This document shows, piece after piece, positions 37,283 through 51,004 of a stretch of 64,000 bases of DNA. The number at the start of each line of letters is the position of its first letter. Within the stretch, counting starts at the first letter, position 1. The notes beneath the pieces were generated by a model. The model did not search any database, had not been told where the DNA came from, and saw nothing but the letters and a program-made list of their open reading frames with translations. A program made the translations under genes and the position numbers. Source of the DNA: Lytechinus pictus (Eukaryota); contig NC_087250.1 in the NCBI RefSeq assembly GCF_037042905.1, forward strand, positions 20,710,001-20,774,000, written 5' to 3'.

Positions 37283-38712
37283 CGACTGGAAAAAGACACG
37301 CGCATTTTTTGACGGCTAAAAATGCATTTATTGACTACTACACTTTTGTAATGTTGGAATTATATATATATTATACCTGAATCTAATGTACATCACCGAC
37401 CCTTTGTCGAAGTTTTAAAAATGTTGGACGGGGATAACCAAATATAAACCTGCAGCCTTGCCTTGCATAGCACCTCAAGCCTTCTTGTCAGGTTCCTAAC
37501 TCATAATGTAGTCTTGTAAAATAGACCTTCTTTAATGAACACGCACTAAAACACTACTCATAGCATTCATACCGCAATAATATAATGTATGAATTCTTGT
37601 TCATTTTTCAATGGATGTGAATAAAATGAATTTGAACTTGAATTTGGAGATTTCTCCAAGAAGCAAGGTGGTAGGGATAAGGGAATGCAGAACGTTGTTT
37701 GGGGGGCTCCCTTCCGTAAACGAACGTAAGCAAATTATTGTCCGCAGCATCCGTACCTGTCCGTAAACAATTCAATTCAACTTCCATTTCAATTCAATTT
37801 CAAACGGACGTTAGTGTTTGGATACGAGTACTTGCGGTTAACTGCAAATACTAACGGTGGACGCAAATGGATGCGATGTAAAAATTTCACGGATAATCTG
37901 CGTCCAAGCTACGGATATTTACGTTTATTTACGGATAATTACGTTCATTTACGGTGACTTGCTGAAGTTAGCATCCGTGGCGACTCCCTGTGAAATTGTT
38001 AACATTTCAAAATTTAGGAGGGTTGGCGGCGTATAAAGTCTATGTCTCACCACGGATAAGTTACTAAGAGTTTAGTTTACTTATAACCCTGCGGATGCCT
38101 GCGGATGGCTGCGTCCACTTATCCGTATCTATTTGCGGCGGACGTAACTCAACTTAAGTGACTGTGGCTTGAGTAAACGTAAACTTCGGAATTAACCAGT
38201 TTTAAGTTAACTATGGCATTAGTCGACATTCGACAGGTCAAGATTTGAAATAAAGTTAATACCTTGGACACATTTGTTACGGCCGCCGTAGATTCTAAAA
38301 TTTCTACGGCGAGTAGCAATTCTACGGTCGCCGCAGAATTTCCATGGCCACTTACTCTAGCGGTCACATATGTTACGGTCGCCGCACGGCGTATTTTTTA
38401 ATTTATGGAAAAAAAATCTGCAGCTGACGTATGTCCTTGAAATCATGACGTACGGTCGCCCTAGGGCGACCCTGCGCTGACCGTAGGTTTTTGATAAATA
38501 CTACGGCAAACGCGAAGTGGCCGCAAGGCGCCCTCACGGCGGCCGCAGGGGGACTATACAGTGAGTATACCATGAATTGCTTGTCACATGATATTTTACA
38601 TTAGACATTTCATTTCAGAAAGTTTTTAAAGTGTCGCACCATGCCCATGCGCGTATTCTGGGCGGGAGAGAGGGGTGTGTTTTCGGGGTCCGGGCCCCCG
38701 GGTAGGCGGTAA

Positions 38713-39530
38713 GGGGAATTATCGGATGGTCTAATACCACTTAGTCTACTTATCAGTTCGTCCAACTTCACATAGTCCAAACTCATTTCGCCTACAACCA
38801 GTTCGTCTAATATCCAATTCGTCTAATCCCAACTTGGTCTAATATCCAATTCGTCTAATTTTCATTTAGGCTAATAACCAGTTGGGCTAATTTTTACATG
38901 GTCTAATATCCAATTCGTCTAATTTCCACTTGGTCTAATATCCAATTCGTCTAATGAGCAGTTGGGCTAGAACTATTTAGTCTAATTTCCAGTTGGTCTA
39001 ACACCACTTGGTCTAATTTCGACTTCGGCTAATTTCCACTTGGTCTAATTTTCATTCCGTCTAATTGTCACATGGTCTAATAGCCAAATGGTCTAATGAC
39101 CACTTGGTCTAATAGCCAAATCGTCAAATGACCACTTGGTCTAATCGCCAATTGGTATAATACCCAGTTGGGCTAATCGTCACTTGGTCTAATTTTCATT
39201 TGGTCTAATTCACACTTGGTCTAATTAGTGTCCATTTATTCTAACATAACATCATTCATTATTATTTATTTTATCCAGAATTAACAAATATGGTACGTAG
39301 TAGATAATTACCATGCATACATGTCGCCAGGATCCGGAGGGGTAGAGCTGGGGTAGGGCTGGTGGGCGCAAAACCTCACCGTGAAGGACTATCGATGGCT
39401 ATCGATGACGCGCTCATCAAATGAATTATTCAAATCAAAAATAATTATTATATTTAGGCCTATATATCGATTATATAGATGATGATGAAAATTACATCAT
39501 TTATTCATAATCATTGTAGCTCATAATGGT
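38713..39530. mobile_element. Partial inverted copy of the 10375-12763 element
   Basis: Reverse complement of ~12090-12763, including the GGTCTAAT array and CCAGGATCCGGA(A/G)GGGTAGAGC. Confidence 0.8.
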
Positions 39531-39646
39531 CGAATGGCGGGGTTTCATCAAAATAACATTATTATGAAGAAATGAACAAAAATATAATGTAATTGATTGT
39601 GTGGATACGTACCTGGTAAACATGTTTATGCCTCTTTTAAGGTTCC

Positions 39647-40015
39647 ATGACAATTGCTCCGCCGACATTTGCTCCGCCGACAATTGCTACGCAAAATACG
39701 ACAACTGCTCCGCCGACAGTTGCTCCGTCGACAATTGCTCCGCCGATATTTGCTCCGTCGACATCTGCTCCACCGAAAATTGCTCCACCGACAATTGCTC
39801 CACCGATGATTGCTCCGCCGACATCTGCTCCGATTGTACGACAATTGCTCCGCCGATAATTGCTCCGTCGACATCTGCTCCTATTATACGACAATTGCTC
39901 CGCGACAATCGCTCCGCCGATAATTGCTCCGCCGACATCTGCTCCGATTATACGACAATTGATCCGCCGACATCTGCTCCGCCGAAAATGGCTCCGCCGT
40001 AAATTGCTCCGATAA
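39647..40015. repeat. 15-bp tandem array (ACAATTGCTCCGCCG variants), probably a transposon subterminal array
   Basis: About 22 degenerate TGCTCC-containing units. Confidence 0.85.
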
Positions 40016-41455
40016 TGTGACAATTATTTATTCATTTTTTTATTCGTACTTTCATACGCATAACAATTGAAGCACAGGCTGAAGGCGTCAATTTACAAAT
40101 TTGTAATATATTACAAAGTAAACTTAAACTATGCTTGCATGATATATTACATGACATACACAGGGGCCGCGGAACGGTTTTCAAAGTGGGGGGCTGAGTT
40201 AAAAGTGGGGGGCTGACCATGCTAAAAATCGCAATCACATGGTCATTCTTACGTTTTTGTACACGGTTTTGGAAAAAAAAAGTGGGGGGCTAAAGCCCCC
40301 AGCCCCCCGGTTCCGCGGCCGCTGATACATGCATATAGAAAGAAATAGTAAAAAGGTGTAAGCACAAAGGAGGGATAGATATTCTTAATACTTATTCATG
40401 GTGGGGGGGAGCATTTGTGTGAGTTTTTTTACGTGCCTGGTGATTAAAATGAAGAAAAAAATACACGATTTCATGTAATTATTATAACAGTACAAAAAAA
40501 ATAGATATACCCCATTCTTAGCGTCAAAATCACTCAGACTGGCGAAATATGCTCCGAAGTTGAGACATTTACTCCAGGTGAAATTCAACGGTACCCCACC
40601 TTATTTGTCAAAAACCTGTACTGTAGTCACGCAAAATGTTTACTGTCGGCAAATTTTGTTCCACACAAACATGACCAAGACATTCAGTAAGTTAAAATTA
40701 ATATTCAAGAAAATACCAACTTGTGAAAGGCTACATGTCGTGTCACCTTCTCGGCACACCCCTCCACTCTGGTTTCCATATCCTCTCGTATACACAGTGC
40801 ATAGGCGGATCCAGCTTTTGGCGAAAGGGGGGGGGGGGCGCACTGCCGAGCGCCGCACATATTTTTGCACTTCACCGGCGCCATAAAAGAAAATGTTGAA
40901 AAAGGGGTTAAGTCTGACCCTGTCAAATGCTCTTTTCAAAATGTAGGATTTCCAGTCATGCCATTTTGCATGACCACACGCAGATAATATTTCCGGGGGG
41001 GGGGGCAAGACTCGAACATATTTTTGAAGAAAAAAAATGATAAACGGACCGAGCCGTTCAATGGGGCGATTATTTTTTTTGGTGCACATCTCACATTTGC
41101 ACAATTTTCATAGTTTTCATGAAATGTTAAGGAAAAAAATGTGTTTTCACAACAGCTGATCGGGAATTTGCCCCCCCCCTTCCCCCTTGCTGCGTACGAC
41201 CATTCCCTGAAGTCCACTTAAACATATCTCATTATGACAGAAAATACATCAATCTAAACATATAATCTTTCTAAAACATATATAGAGAGAGAGGTTGAAA
41301 AACTTATTAAAGAAAGAAACAAGCAAAAATTAACACAAATTATGCATGTTATGTGCGATTTCAAAATCTCGTGTACTAACCCTTTTATTACGACGAGGCC
41401 AATACTTTTGTATATTAATTGAGATACAAGTTTTTTTTTACTATGTATATATACA

Positions 41456-41584
41456 CAGGGGCGTCGATCCTTTTTTAAGATTGGGGGGGGGGGGGAGGGG
41501 GGCAAAATCATGAATCAACTTTCCAAAGGCGCTCGATCACACAAAACAAACAAACTCACACACACAAACATGCACACATACATA

Positions 41585-41619
<35 letters not shown>

Positions 41620-42338
41620 TTATTTATTTATATGACTCATGAGATAGAGACAAATATCTCACCAACAAATTAATGCGAGCGCGAGCTGAAATTTTTTAGT
41701 ATACTGACCTCAAAACAGGAAAAAGGTGCCTGTTTAGGACTGTTTGTAGTAACTCATGAGGAGGATACATATCTCACTACACAGATAATGCCAGTGCCGA
41801 GCTGAAATTTCTTTATATTCTGACCAGAAAGCTTGATATTTTAAGCATTTTTGGTACCAATGATTAAGATAGGTATCTAAAAAAACAATAGATGCGAGTG
41901 CAAAGCGCGAGCTTAAAAATTTGATATTTCGATCTGAAAAAAAAGACAGTTTAATGGAAGTTTTTGATAAAGAACAGGATTATATCCAACAAAAAAATAT
42001 TGCAAATCGAAGCGGGAGTTCTTTGGAGGTGTAGAACTGAAAACGGGACATTCTATTCACCTATTTAATCATGAAAAGTATGGGGTTTTGCTACAGAAAT
42101 GATGCGAACGCGAAGTGCGAGCTGAAAATTTTTATAATCTGAAAAGCGGAAAATTTGAGCACGATTTTAAATAAAGAACGAGTTGTGTAGCTCAATCTCG
42201 CTTGCTGATTTCTGTGTAACATTACCATCTTATTTCATTTTTGCACATGCGGAATTATTGGGGGGGGGGGGCAAAACGATATGCCCCCCCCTATATTTTC
42301 ATTGGCGATCGCCCCCCCCCCCAGGATCGACGCCTATG
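41456..42338. mobile_element. hAT-like MITE
   Basis: CAGGGGCGTCGATCC ... GGATCGACGCCTATG, with 8-bp TSD TATATACA. Confidence 0.85.
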
Positions 42339-43293
42339 TATATACAATGATACTACATCATGAATCATTTGGAATACATCACCAATCCAGGTTTATATTA
42401 TCATTCAATTTTCATGTACATGATGTATAGGCCTATACAGATTTGGTATTTATATATATATATATATATTGTGATGCTTTTCACTAAATATAATGCAATT
42501 TGTAATGATGAGTAATTTTCATCTAATTACTTTGATGAAACTGGATATAATGCTTTTGACCTGAATTCGGAAAGAGATCCTTCAAGACAGAGCTTTGGAA
42601 ATAGTTCTCCAGTTTTACAGGTATCGTTATTTTTTAAAAACTTCTTCCTGAGTGATCAGATGAATAATATTTAACTTAATGGAAGATGAAAATAAATTTA
42701 ATTTTGTGGCGTAAACATTTAAACGTTAAATCAAAGGTATTGACAAACTGTATTTATACATTGAAAATGATATTTATACGTATGGTTGCGTAATTATACA
42801 CTCCCGGTATTAGCAACGGGTTTTAGCAAAGCTTTGGATTAAAATATCGAATCATCTTCATAAAACACTATAGTAGCTGTCTTACACTAAAGGCCATAGA
42901 GGTGGCACAATGTGGAATGTGTAAAAAAGAAAAGTGACTGACCTTTTTTTTTTATTAAAGCATTGGAAAATAAGATCAAAATTAAGATATTATGTTTTTT
43001 TTTCTCATTGAATTTGTGATTATATGATGTTTTTAATATTTCTTTAACTTTAAGTACAATTTTTGTTATGGGTTGGCCTCACACAAGGTTTCTTCCTTTC
43101 TTGGTCATTACCTCCCTCACTTTCTTTAAATTTGATGTACATTGTATTTACATTGTCTATTTTTTATGTATTTTTACCTTGATCTCTTGAGGAGAAATAA
43201 ATGAAACTTGAAACTTGAAGTAAATCTCCCTTAACCATGTTAACTTGTTTGTATGAATAAAGTTAAGATGTTAATAAACGCTTTAGTCTTAAG

Positions 43294-43465
43294 CATTGGC
43301 GGCGCAAGCCAAACAATTTAGGGGGGGGACCACCAAAATTTTTTGATAAGCAAAAAAAAAAAAAAAAAAAAGGTCATCAACGAAAAATTTAGGGGGGGAC
43401 CATCCCCCCACCTCAAATTTAGGGGGGACACGTCCCCCCTGTCCCCCCCGCTTCCGCCGCCTATG
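43294..43465. mobile_element. Short hAT-like MITE
   Basis: CATTGGCGGCG ... CCGCCGCCTATG, with 8-bp TSD GTCTTAAG. Confidence 0.8.
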
Positions 43466-43524
43466 GTCTTAAGTAAGAACTACACACTAGGAAACAACAA
43501 CAAAAATCAGCATTTAACTCCTCA

Positions 43525-43847
43525 TAATAATAAATAATAATAATAATAATAATAATGATAATAAGGTCATATTTTACTCAGGTTAGCCGCTTTAGATATA
43601 AACAGTGTTCTCCCAGCGGGCCATGTTTAACAATATAATTATTACCCCGGCTTTAGCACGGCTATACCTTGATCGAGCGCTCGAGCATTCAAGGAATTTC
43701 TTCCTACTGGGTACCCATTCACCTGACCCTGGGTCGAGTGCAGCACAATGTGAGTAAATTTCTTGCTGAAGGAAAACCCGCAATGGCTTGGATTCGAATC
43801 ACTCTGATTGAAAGACGAGAGTCTTAACCACTATACCATGACGCCCG
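43525..43847 (-). mobile_element. tRNA-derived SINE (family 1, diverged)
   Basis: Same centre (GGTACCCATT...GGGTCGAGTGCAGCAC) and tail (GTTCTCCCAGCGGGCC, (TAA)n) as 11-300. Confidence 0.8.
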
Positions 43848-44253
43848 ATCGGGAAAATATATTGGATGAAAATACCCCCTCCTCCCTATTTGCGAAAGCA
43901 AAATCCACCCTTGGTAAAGAAATAAAAAGCGCCCATCCACATAATTCTAGTAGGGCTTACTCCGATGAAAGGGCAATATCTGTGCTCCCTGGTCACATTT
44001 GTTCTTTAAAAAAGTGGTATTACATCATATTCATGGATAGTTTGCTTTTTATCAAGTCATCATTAAAAAAGTGGTCTGCAGTTGCCCTTTTTCATGTAAT
44101 TATGAAATAAGATAATTCAACATGCATTCAAGGCACCTGTTTGCCTATAAACGAGGAGGGGGTCGCCATTTTTTACACAAGTACACAGGGGCCCAAAATT
44201 ATAGGTCGGGCCCCCGAGATGCAAAATTCTAGATACGCGCCTGGTGCCTCCAG

Positions 44254-44398
44254 GGGTCCGTTGCAGAAAGAGTTGCGTTTAAACGCAAGTCAAAAAATCA
44301 AACGCAAGTCCCAAATGCGCGCTGTTGATTGGTTGAAAATCCAGTTGCGCATGATTTTTAGAGTTGCAATTGATTGCAACTATTTCTGCAACGGGCCC
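44254..44398. mobile_element. Harbinger-type MITE
   Basis: CAG-GGGTCCGTTGCAGAAA ... TTTCTGCAACGGGCCC-CAG. Confidence 0.75.
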
Positions 44399-44802
44399 CA
44401 GAGCAGATAACACAAAGGAAAAGGGGAAAGGAGGAAAGAAAAACACAAGGGCAGCCGCACGGCCACCGTACGCTCGACGTACGGCCGCCGTAGACCGTTC
44501 TACGCCATGCCTACGGCTAGTTTAATTTCTACGGCCTGTAAAAAAATGGAATCCGCCGTACGTCGACCCTGCGGCCACCGGAGATTTTCTGCGGCCGCCG
44601 CAGAAATCTCTCGAATTCAGGTATCTACCGCCGCCATACGCCCGCCGTAGAGCAAATGTGACCAAGGTATGGCCTAGCCTAGGCTAGCCCTATAGCCCAG
44701 CCTAACATTTTGTATTGTCATTAATGCCAATTTAATAAGTGAATTGAATTGGATCTAGATACAGACACTTGACAGATCTAAGCCTAAGGCCTATGTATAG
44801 GG

Positions 44803-45098
44803 CAGGGGCGGATCCAAGATTTTCAAAAGGGGGGGGGGGCAATTTTTTCCGATAAAAAAATTGACAAGGAAAAAAAAAAGGTTTTTAACAAAAAAACTAG
44901 GACATTTTGTTCCCCAAACAATTTGACAAGCAACAAAAAACAAGTTTTTTAACAAAAATTGCGTTATTGCGTCCCCCAAAAAAAAATAACACAAAAAAGG
45001 CATTTTTACATTACATATCATAATTTTGCTTCTCAAGGGGGAGGGGGGGGGGGGGGGCACGGGCCGGCTGTCCCCCCCCCCCCCTGGATCCGCCAGTG
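44803..45098. mobile_element. hAT-like MITE
   Basis: CAGGGGCGGATCCA ... TGGATCCGCCAGTG. Confidence 0.65.
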
Positions 45099-45579
45099 GT
45101 AAGGTATACCGGTAATTTGAGGGTGCTAATTCATTCGTGGCAACATGTAAAGATCACGTCCCTGGTCCATCCAAGTCCATGCGCATGCGTACTCTTATTC
45201 CGAGACGCAAGTCATGAATATTTGTATTGGGGTCCGGAACTCTCTCTCTCTCTCATTTCAGTTCCTCCGCTGTTCGGAGATCGGCAGGTATCACTGCAAA
45301 AGTTGAGTCAATGAGTCTGCGGATGAAAAAATAATTTCGCGTCCGGGCGCCGACGTTATCGAGCAGTCGATTTAGGTCAAAAATTGAACTCCTTGGATCA
45401 AAGGCTGTGAGGCGGTCATCGGTCGGTTGCTGGCCGCTCAGAGATCGGTTGATGATTTCGCGGCGAAGTCAAGATCGGCCGGACAATTGCTTCAAAATAG
45501 GCCGGTGGTCGATGGGAGACCGCCGGTAATCGGTGGGCCGTCAGCTCTGGTGCCAATAGGAAAAGTTCCCCGATTTAAT

Positions 45580-46930
45580 TTGGCTTGTTACGATCGTCTG
45601 CGTTTGCGGAGCGGGGATGGCCGCACCCTTTCTAGAAAACCGGGGGAGCTTTTCTCGAAAGGGTGGGTTGAGGGAGGGGAGTCAAATCAACGCACCTTTT
45701 CGGGAAAAACGGGGGAGCTTTTCACGAAAGGCTGTGTTTAATAGTTTTCTGAACCAGTCGCTTCTATGAAAATTATTCATCGAATAATAGCAACGATATA
45801 ATATTAATAGACTATTGGTAAAGGTGCACAGATGTGGAGGGCTTTGGGGTGCTTCCCCCTAAAAAGAAGGAAAGAAAATAAAAGAAAAGAGAAAAGGTGA
45901 AATATGATATCATTTTCTAAATATTTTTATGTCAAAATCTGATACAAACTTTTTTTTCCAAAAATGAAAATGTAGATTTTTTCTTGCTCCCTCACAACTT
46001 TTAGTACATTTTGCCTGATACGACATATCTGACCCTTTCAAAATGTTTGGCTCATTACGCCACTGATAATTAGGAGAAACAGAAGAGAGCCTGCAGTTTT
46101 TGTGATTTTGAATAAAATTGCATATTAATGAAGTAATTATAGAGACCAACAATTCCACAAAGCCATATAAAACAATGGAATTATTAGGAGAAATAGCCTT
46201 TTCTGTTCTGAATAAATTGGCATTTGCATAGAATTGTGATGAAACATATATCAGTGGCGTAATAAGTCAAATATTTTGAAGGAGCTCATGGAGCTGGATA
46301 TGGCGTATCGGGCAAAATAAATAAAAAAAGTTGTGAGCAAGTAAAAATTTGGACATTTTATTAAAAAAAAATTATGTATGGCATAATATTCGGAAACAAA
46401 ATAGTTCACCCTTCTCTGACTCTTTTCCTTTCTTTTTTTTCTTCGTCGTGATTTTTTTTTTTGGGGGGGGGGGGGTGAGGGGGGGGGGGGGTAATCGCCC
46501 GAACTTTCCCCCCCGTCATCTGTACACCAACATGACCACTGAAGCAATTACTTTGAAACTGGCTTTCCTTTACAAACTGCTAGCTAGCATTAATATCGTA
46601 GTTACCATGTACTGCAGAACCCGGTCGACGCGTGCACCGCCGAGATTATTGAAAATAAATAAGCCTGAAATTATAATGCACAAAAATTGTGTTTTTTTCC
46701 TCCTTTCTTTCCCTGTTTAATGCAAATGTCCGTCGAAGTGTTCCAAAGATGATACACATGCACCCACACACACCCTCGCCTCATACGCGGCCTCCATATA
46801 CCCTCGCACAAATTTACACAGACTACTCGGCACTGACTTTCGTGAAAAGCTCCCCCGGTTTTCTCGAAAAGGCGCGATCACCCCCGGTCCATCTCCGCTC
46901 CGCGAACGCAGACGATCGTAACAAGCCCCC
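45580..46930. repeat. Inverted arms of a long-TIR element
   Basis: 45582-45730 (GGCTTGTTACGATCGTCTGCGTT...GGGGGAGCTTTTCACGAAAG) is the reverse complement of 46836-46927. Confidence 0.6.
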
Positions 46931-47351
46931 CCCCCTCCGATTTGACCTTAATTAGGGTTTGAGTAGTGAGTAATCGACAGGGAACCACTCGGCTACCGAT
47001 AAGTCTTTTTACAGCTCGCTGGGCGATATCTCTATGGCGATGCCTATTAATTAATTCCAGCGGCACCCAAGCTACTAATTAGTCGGTCGCTTCTCATAAT
47101 ACATGTCGCAATAATTTTACATCATTTGCTTTGGATATTTTTTTTATATCATTGTACTTTTATTGTTAATTGTACGTTTTTTTTACTTGCCATTTTAGCT
47201 TTAAGATTCCTTCACAAGTTATACATATTTTTGCCTATGCTACATTAAGCAATAAATTAACTGTCACAGGGCCCCATGGGCTACCAACATATTGTTAAAT
47301 GTGCTTCCTTTTTTCTTCAAATTCTTATATAATTATTTTCTATTTGATATA

Positions 47352-48339
47352 CAGTGCGTATCAAAAAGAAGTTTACACTTAGAAAAAATCCTGTAAAATT
47401 ATACATTTGTAATATCTTGAAGATTTTTCTACATTCTAACATTAGTACAGATCCATTTAGGCAAATGACGATATAACTGTCGAAAAATATTTCCGCTTGA
47501 GTAAGCACCACTTACTTTTGAAAAGTTAGTGAAAAATGATTTTCGCAGAATTTTGAAATAGTTATGCGAATAAAAGTAGACCTTAATCATGAAGAACACG
47601 TGGAATTTAGCTAGTGAAATTGATTTGAAGACATCTTTTACCTTTCTTAACTTGTTTTCCTGCCCAAAACACTCCGAAGAGTGCATTGCGCCCTACCCCA
47701 CTCCCCCACACACCGAGGCCATCGTGACGATATTTTGCTTTACACTGAGCTGTGATTTACATGAAATGGCTTAGGCTTGATTTTCATTTTATTAATCATT
47801 GTCAAGCTTGGGAAAAGTGTGGAGAAACAAGTATTAAATGAAAAATGAAATGTAAACCCACTTTAAGTGATAAAAACGTAGTGAAAAAATGCTGGAGATG
47901 TTTGATATAAACTTTTGTTCAGATTCAGTTATGTCCTCAGATCCAGCTGGCACAAAAAGGGTAAAGGTGGTGCTTATTAAGTATTGAAATAGCAATTTGG
48001 GTGGCAAAAGTGCTACAAAATGCTTGAATGTATCTGTTTTATTTCAATAGACTAAAAGTGCAAGGGAAATGCATGAGAAATGTTTCGCAGGGTGAATTTG
48101 ATTTAGCCCTTTCCCCTTGACACAGCGTGAAAACGAGCATTTCTGCGCAAACACATTTATGCGAGCTTTACAAAAATGGACAGTGCTCACTCAAGTGTAA
48201 AATTCTGTCAAAACTGTTACTTTCATTGGATAGATGAGACCCATACCCACGATTATATGTGAAAAAATTACCCACATGTTGTATATTTTTTAATTCCCAG
48301 GGCTTTTTCAAAGTGTAAACTTTTTTTTGATACGCACTG
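47352..48339. mobile_element. Tc1/mariner-type MITE, 988 bp
   Basis: TA-CAGTGCGTATCAAAAAGAAGTTTACACTT ... AAGTGTAAACTTTTTTTTGATACGCACTG-TA. Confidence 0.85.
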
Positions 48340-48452
48340 TATAATTACTTTAATTACAAATAAATAAACGGTTTCATTCAATTAATTTATACAGATATAT
48401 ACCATTATAAGATTACATAGTCAAAAGTACACATGTATTAATTCCATTCCCA

Positions 48453-49200
48453 ACTGGTCAAAGCGGAAATAAATTTACCGGATTGTGACCACTGGTCAAA
48501 GCGGAAAGAAATTTACCGGATTTTTTAAATCACTGCTTGAAGCGGAAAAAAATTTACCGGATTTTTTAAATCACTGCTTGAAGCGGAAAAAAAATTACCG
48601 GTTTGTGATCACTGGTCAACGCGGAAAGATATTTACCCGATTGTGACCACTGGTCAAAGCGGAAAGAAATTTACCGGATTTTGACCACTGGTCACTAAAG
48701 CGGAAAGAAATTTACCGGATTGTGACCACTGGTCAAAGTGGAAAGAAATTTACCGGTTTTGGATCACTGGTCAAAGCGGAAAGAAATTTACCGGATTTTG
48801 ATCACTGGTCAAAGCGGAAAGAAATTTACCGGATTGTGACCACTGTTCAACGCGGAAAGAAATTTACCGGATTTTGATCACTGGTCAAAGCGGAAAGAAA
48901 TTTACCGGTTTGTGATCACTGTTCAACGCGGAAAGAAATTTACCGGATTTTGACCACTGGTCAAAGCGGAAAGAAATTTACCGGATTTTGATCACTGGTC
49001 AAAGCGGAAAGAAATTTACCGGATTGTGACCACTGTTCAACGCGGAAAGAAATTTACCGGATTTTGATCACTGGTCAAAGCGGAAAGAAATTTACCGGAT
49101 TTTGATCACTGGTCAAAGCGGAAATAAATTTACCGGATTTTGATCACTGGTCAAAGCGGAAAGAAATTTACCGGATTTTGATCACTGGTCAAAGCGAAAA
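48453..49200. repeat. 38-bp minisatellite, ~19-20 units
   Basis: Unit ACTGGTCAAAGCGGAAAGAAATTTACCGGATTTTGATC, head to tail with no spacers. Confidence 0.95.
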
Positions 49201-49232
49201 GTAATTCATCTTCGTTGTAGTAATTCTTTACA

Positions 49233-49570
49233 TCAGATGTAAAGAAGTACTACAACGAAGATCAGAATTTTGACATTAATTTCCATCGCAGTATCAAATT
49301 TCTCCTGTGCGTCGATCGACAAATGCAGAAAAAAGTCAATGCGCCAAGTTCACTGACAAGAGTAGAAATTGCATTTCGATTGTAAGACGCATCTTATAAC
49401 TTTATTAGCCCCGCCCATTTACTGTACATGTTGTTTATTGAGAGTTTAGCCAATAGGCTGTCAAGGTCGATAAGCGAGCCAATCAGCGTCGTTTATGCCG
49501 TTGGTGTCCGTATTCGATTCCGGGTTCAAGACCTCGTAATGTGATGCTGGTGGTTGTGGGGCGGGGTGCG
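49233..49570 (-). pseudogene. Orphan Ly6/uPAR promoter plus truncated exon 1
   Basis: Colinear with 34772-35080. ATG at 49286 gives MEINVKILIFVVVLLYI*, with no splice donor. No exon 2 or 3 was found between it and gene A. Confidence 0.8.
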
Positions 49571-50016
49571 AAGTTATTTTTCCCCCACATGAGTAATCCA
49601 TGAACATTCATGACTTCCGTCTTCGGAATAAGAGTACGCGTGCGCGTGGACCCTACACAATAGACCAGTTCGTAGTTACTTCTGGGACAATTTTGGTCAA
49701 ATGACGTTTCATTTCTTTCATTATGATAGGCAGATTTCAAAGCAAGATATTACGTAAGCTTGCCTTACATAGCAGGATGAAGAAATTGAATAGACCAAGT
49801 GACGAGAATAGCACACCAATGAACACTTTATGAAGGTATTTGTTGCATTCCTACTTTGAATGCATATCATAGCATGTTGCACAATGTACTTGGCAAACTG
49901 TGAAATACCATTATAGGAACATTAATTTCCGCCAACTTTACAAAAGTGAGCATTCCTAAGACTCCTCACTCATCAGTAATAATCTATCAATATCTATACT
50001 GTTATATATATATATA

Positions 50017-50213
50017 TTTTTTTTTTAAACAAACAAGTGCACACCTAGTTACCAATAATGCATATAGCATTTCCATTTATTTGAAAGCAGGATAAAAGAG
50101 CATTGTAGATTAAATGCCTTGCTCACGGGCATAGGTGCCGCGGCCGGGGATCGAACCCCGGACTTTCCATGTATAGCCAGGCGCCTTTGACCACTCGGCC
50201 ACGGCACCTCCAC
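50017..50213 (-). mobile_element. tRNA-derived SINE (family 2), intact
   Basis: A box TGGCCGAGTGG, B box GGTTCGATCCC, and an A-rich tail. Confidence 0.85.
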
Positions 50214-51004
50214 AATATAATATAAGGGATCGTTTGGCCCAAGAACTTTGTGTGAAAAAAAATATCCCGATGTTGTAAGATTTGTGTAAATGTTTGTATT
50301 GATATGCTTTTTGTGATGCATGTAGACACTTCGGTTAAGTATCGTATATCACACGTGAACTTTTGGTTTCGGAAAGAAATTATTATGCAAATACATGATC
50401 ATCGAAACATTTCTCTAATAATTGCTTTTAATTTTCATCAGGGATATTCAAAGATTCAATCATGTGAATTGATCGTGCTTTCGAATAATGAAATTTGTAT
50501 TTCCTTGTTTGTCTGGCACTTTAATGGAGTATGATGTGAAGTAGGCCTATGACTATACTGCGCAGTTTGACCAATCACAAGAAATTACCATTCTAATCAT
50601 GTGTAGGCGTCCACTGCGAGAGAAAATCAAAAGAAGGTTCAAAATTCAATCGTGTTCAGTGTCGCAATTGCCTTGCTGAAGGTCGTTAAATCAGAGCTGA
50701 CCGCGTTTCCAAACTAGTCTGCTGTGAAAACCCTTCACTCGAATTAAGGGTCTGAATGTGCAGCCTACTCATTCCTTGTGTACTGGAGGCCCTTGAATGT
50801 GCTAGTCTTTGCGTGGAGACACACTTGCTGATCAAACTTTTAATCAGGGTCTGTGCCTGCAGACGATTTCCAAACGTACCTCTTTTTTGGCGTTTATTAT
50901 TATTTTTTTCTCCCGAGTATCTGAAAGACGACGATTACTTTTATGACCGGGAATGGATGTGGTGACGAAACTGTCTTTTCTGGTAACGGAACAAATGAAG
51001 TTGG

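Larger units (their letters stand above)
38259..44670. mobile_element. Harbinger-like non-autonomous element arms enclosing many nested repeats
   Basis: ATACCTTGGACACATTTG ... CAAATGTGACCAAGGTAT, with GGCCGCCGTAG motifs in both arms. TSD is not preserved. Confidence 0.55.

Noticed and set aside
39601..40023. Cys-rich (metallothionein/antifreeze-like) and Pro-rich ORFs
   Set aside because: Several frames on both strands are open because of the 15-bp periodicity. It is a tandem array of the kind seen at transposon ends.
48453..49200. CRISPR-like array
   Set aside because: The 38-bp units are head to tail with no unique spacers, there are no cas genes, and the context is eukaryotic.
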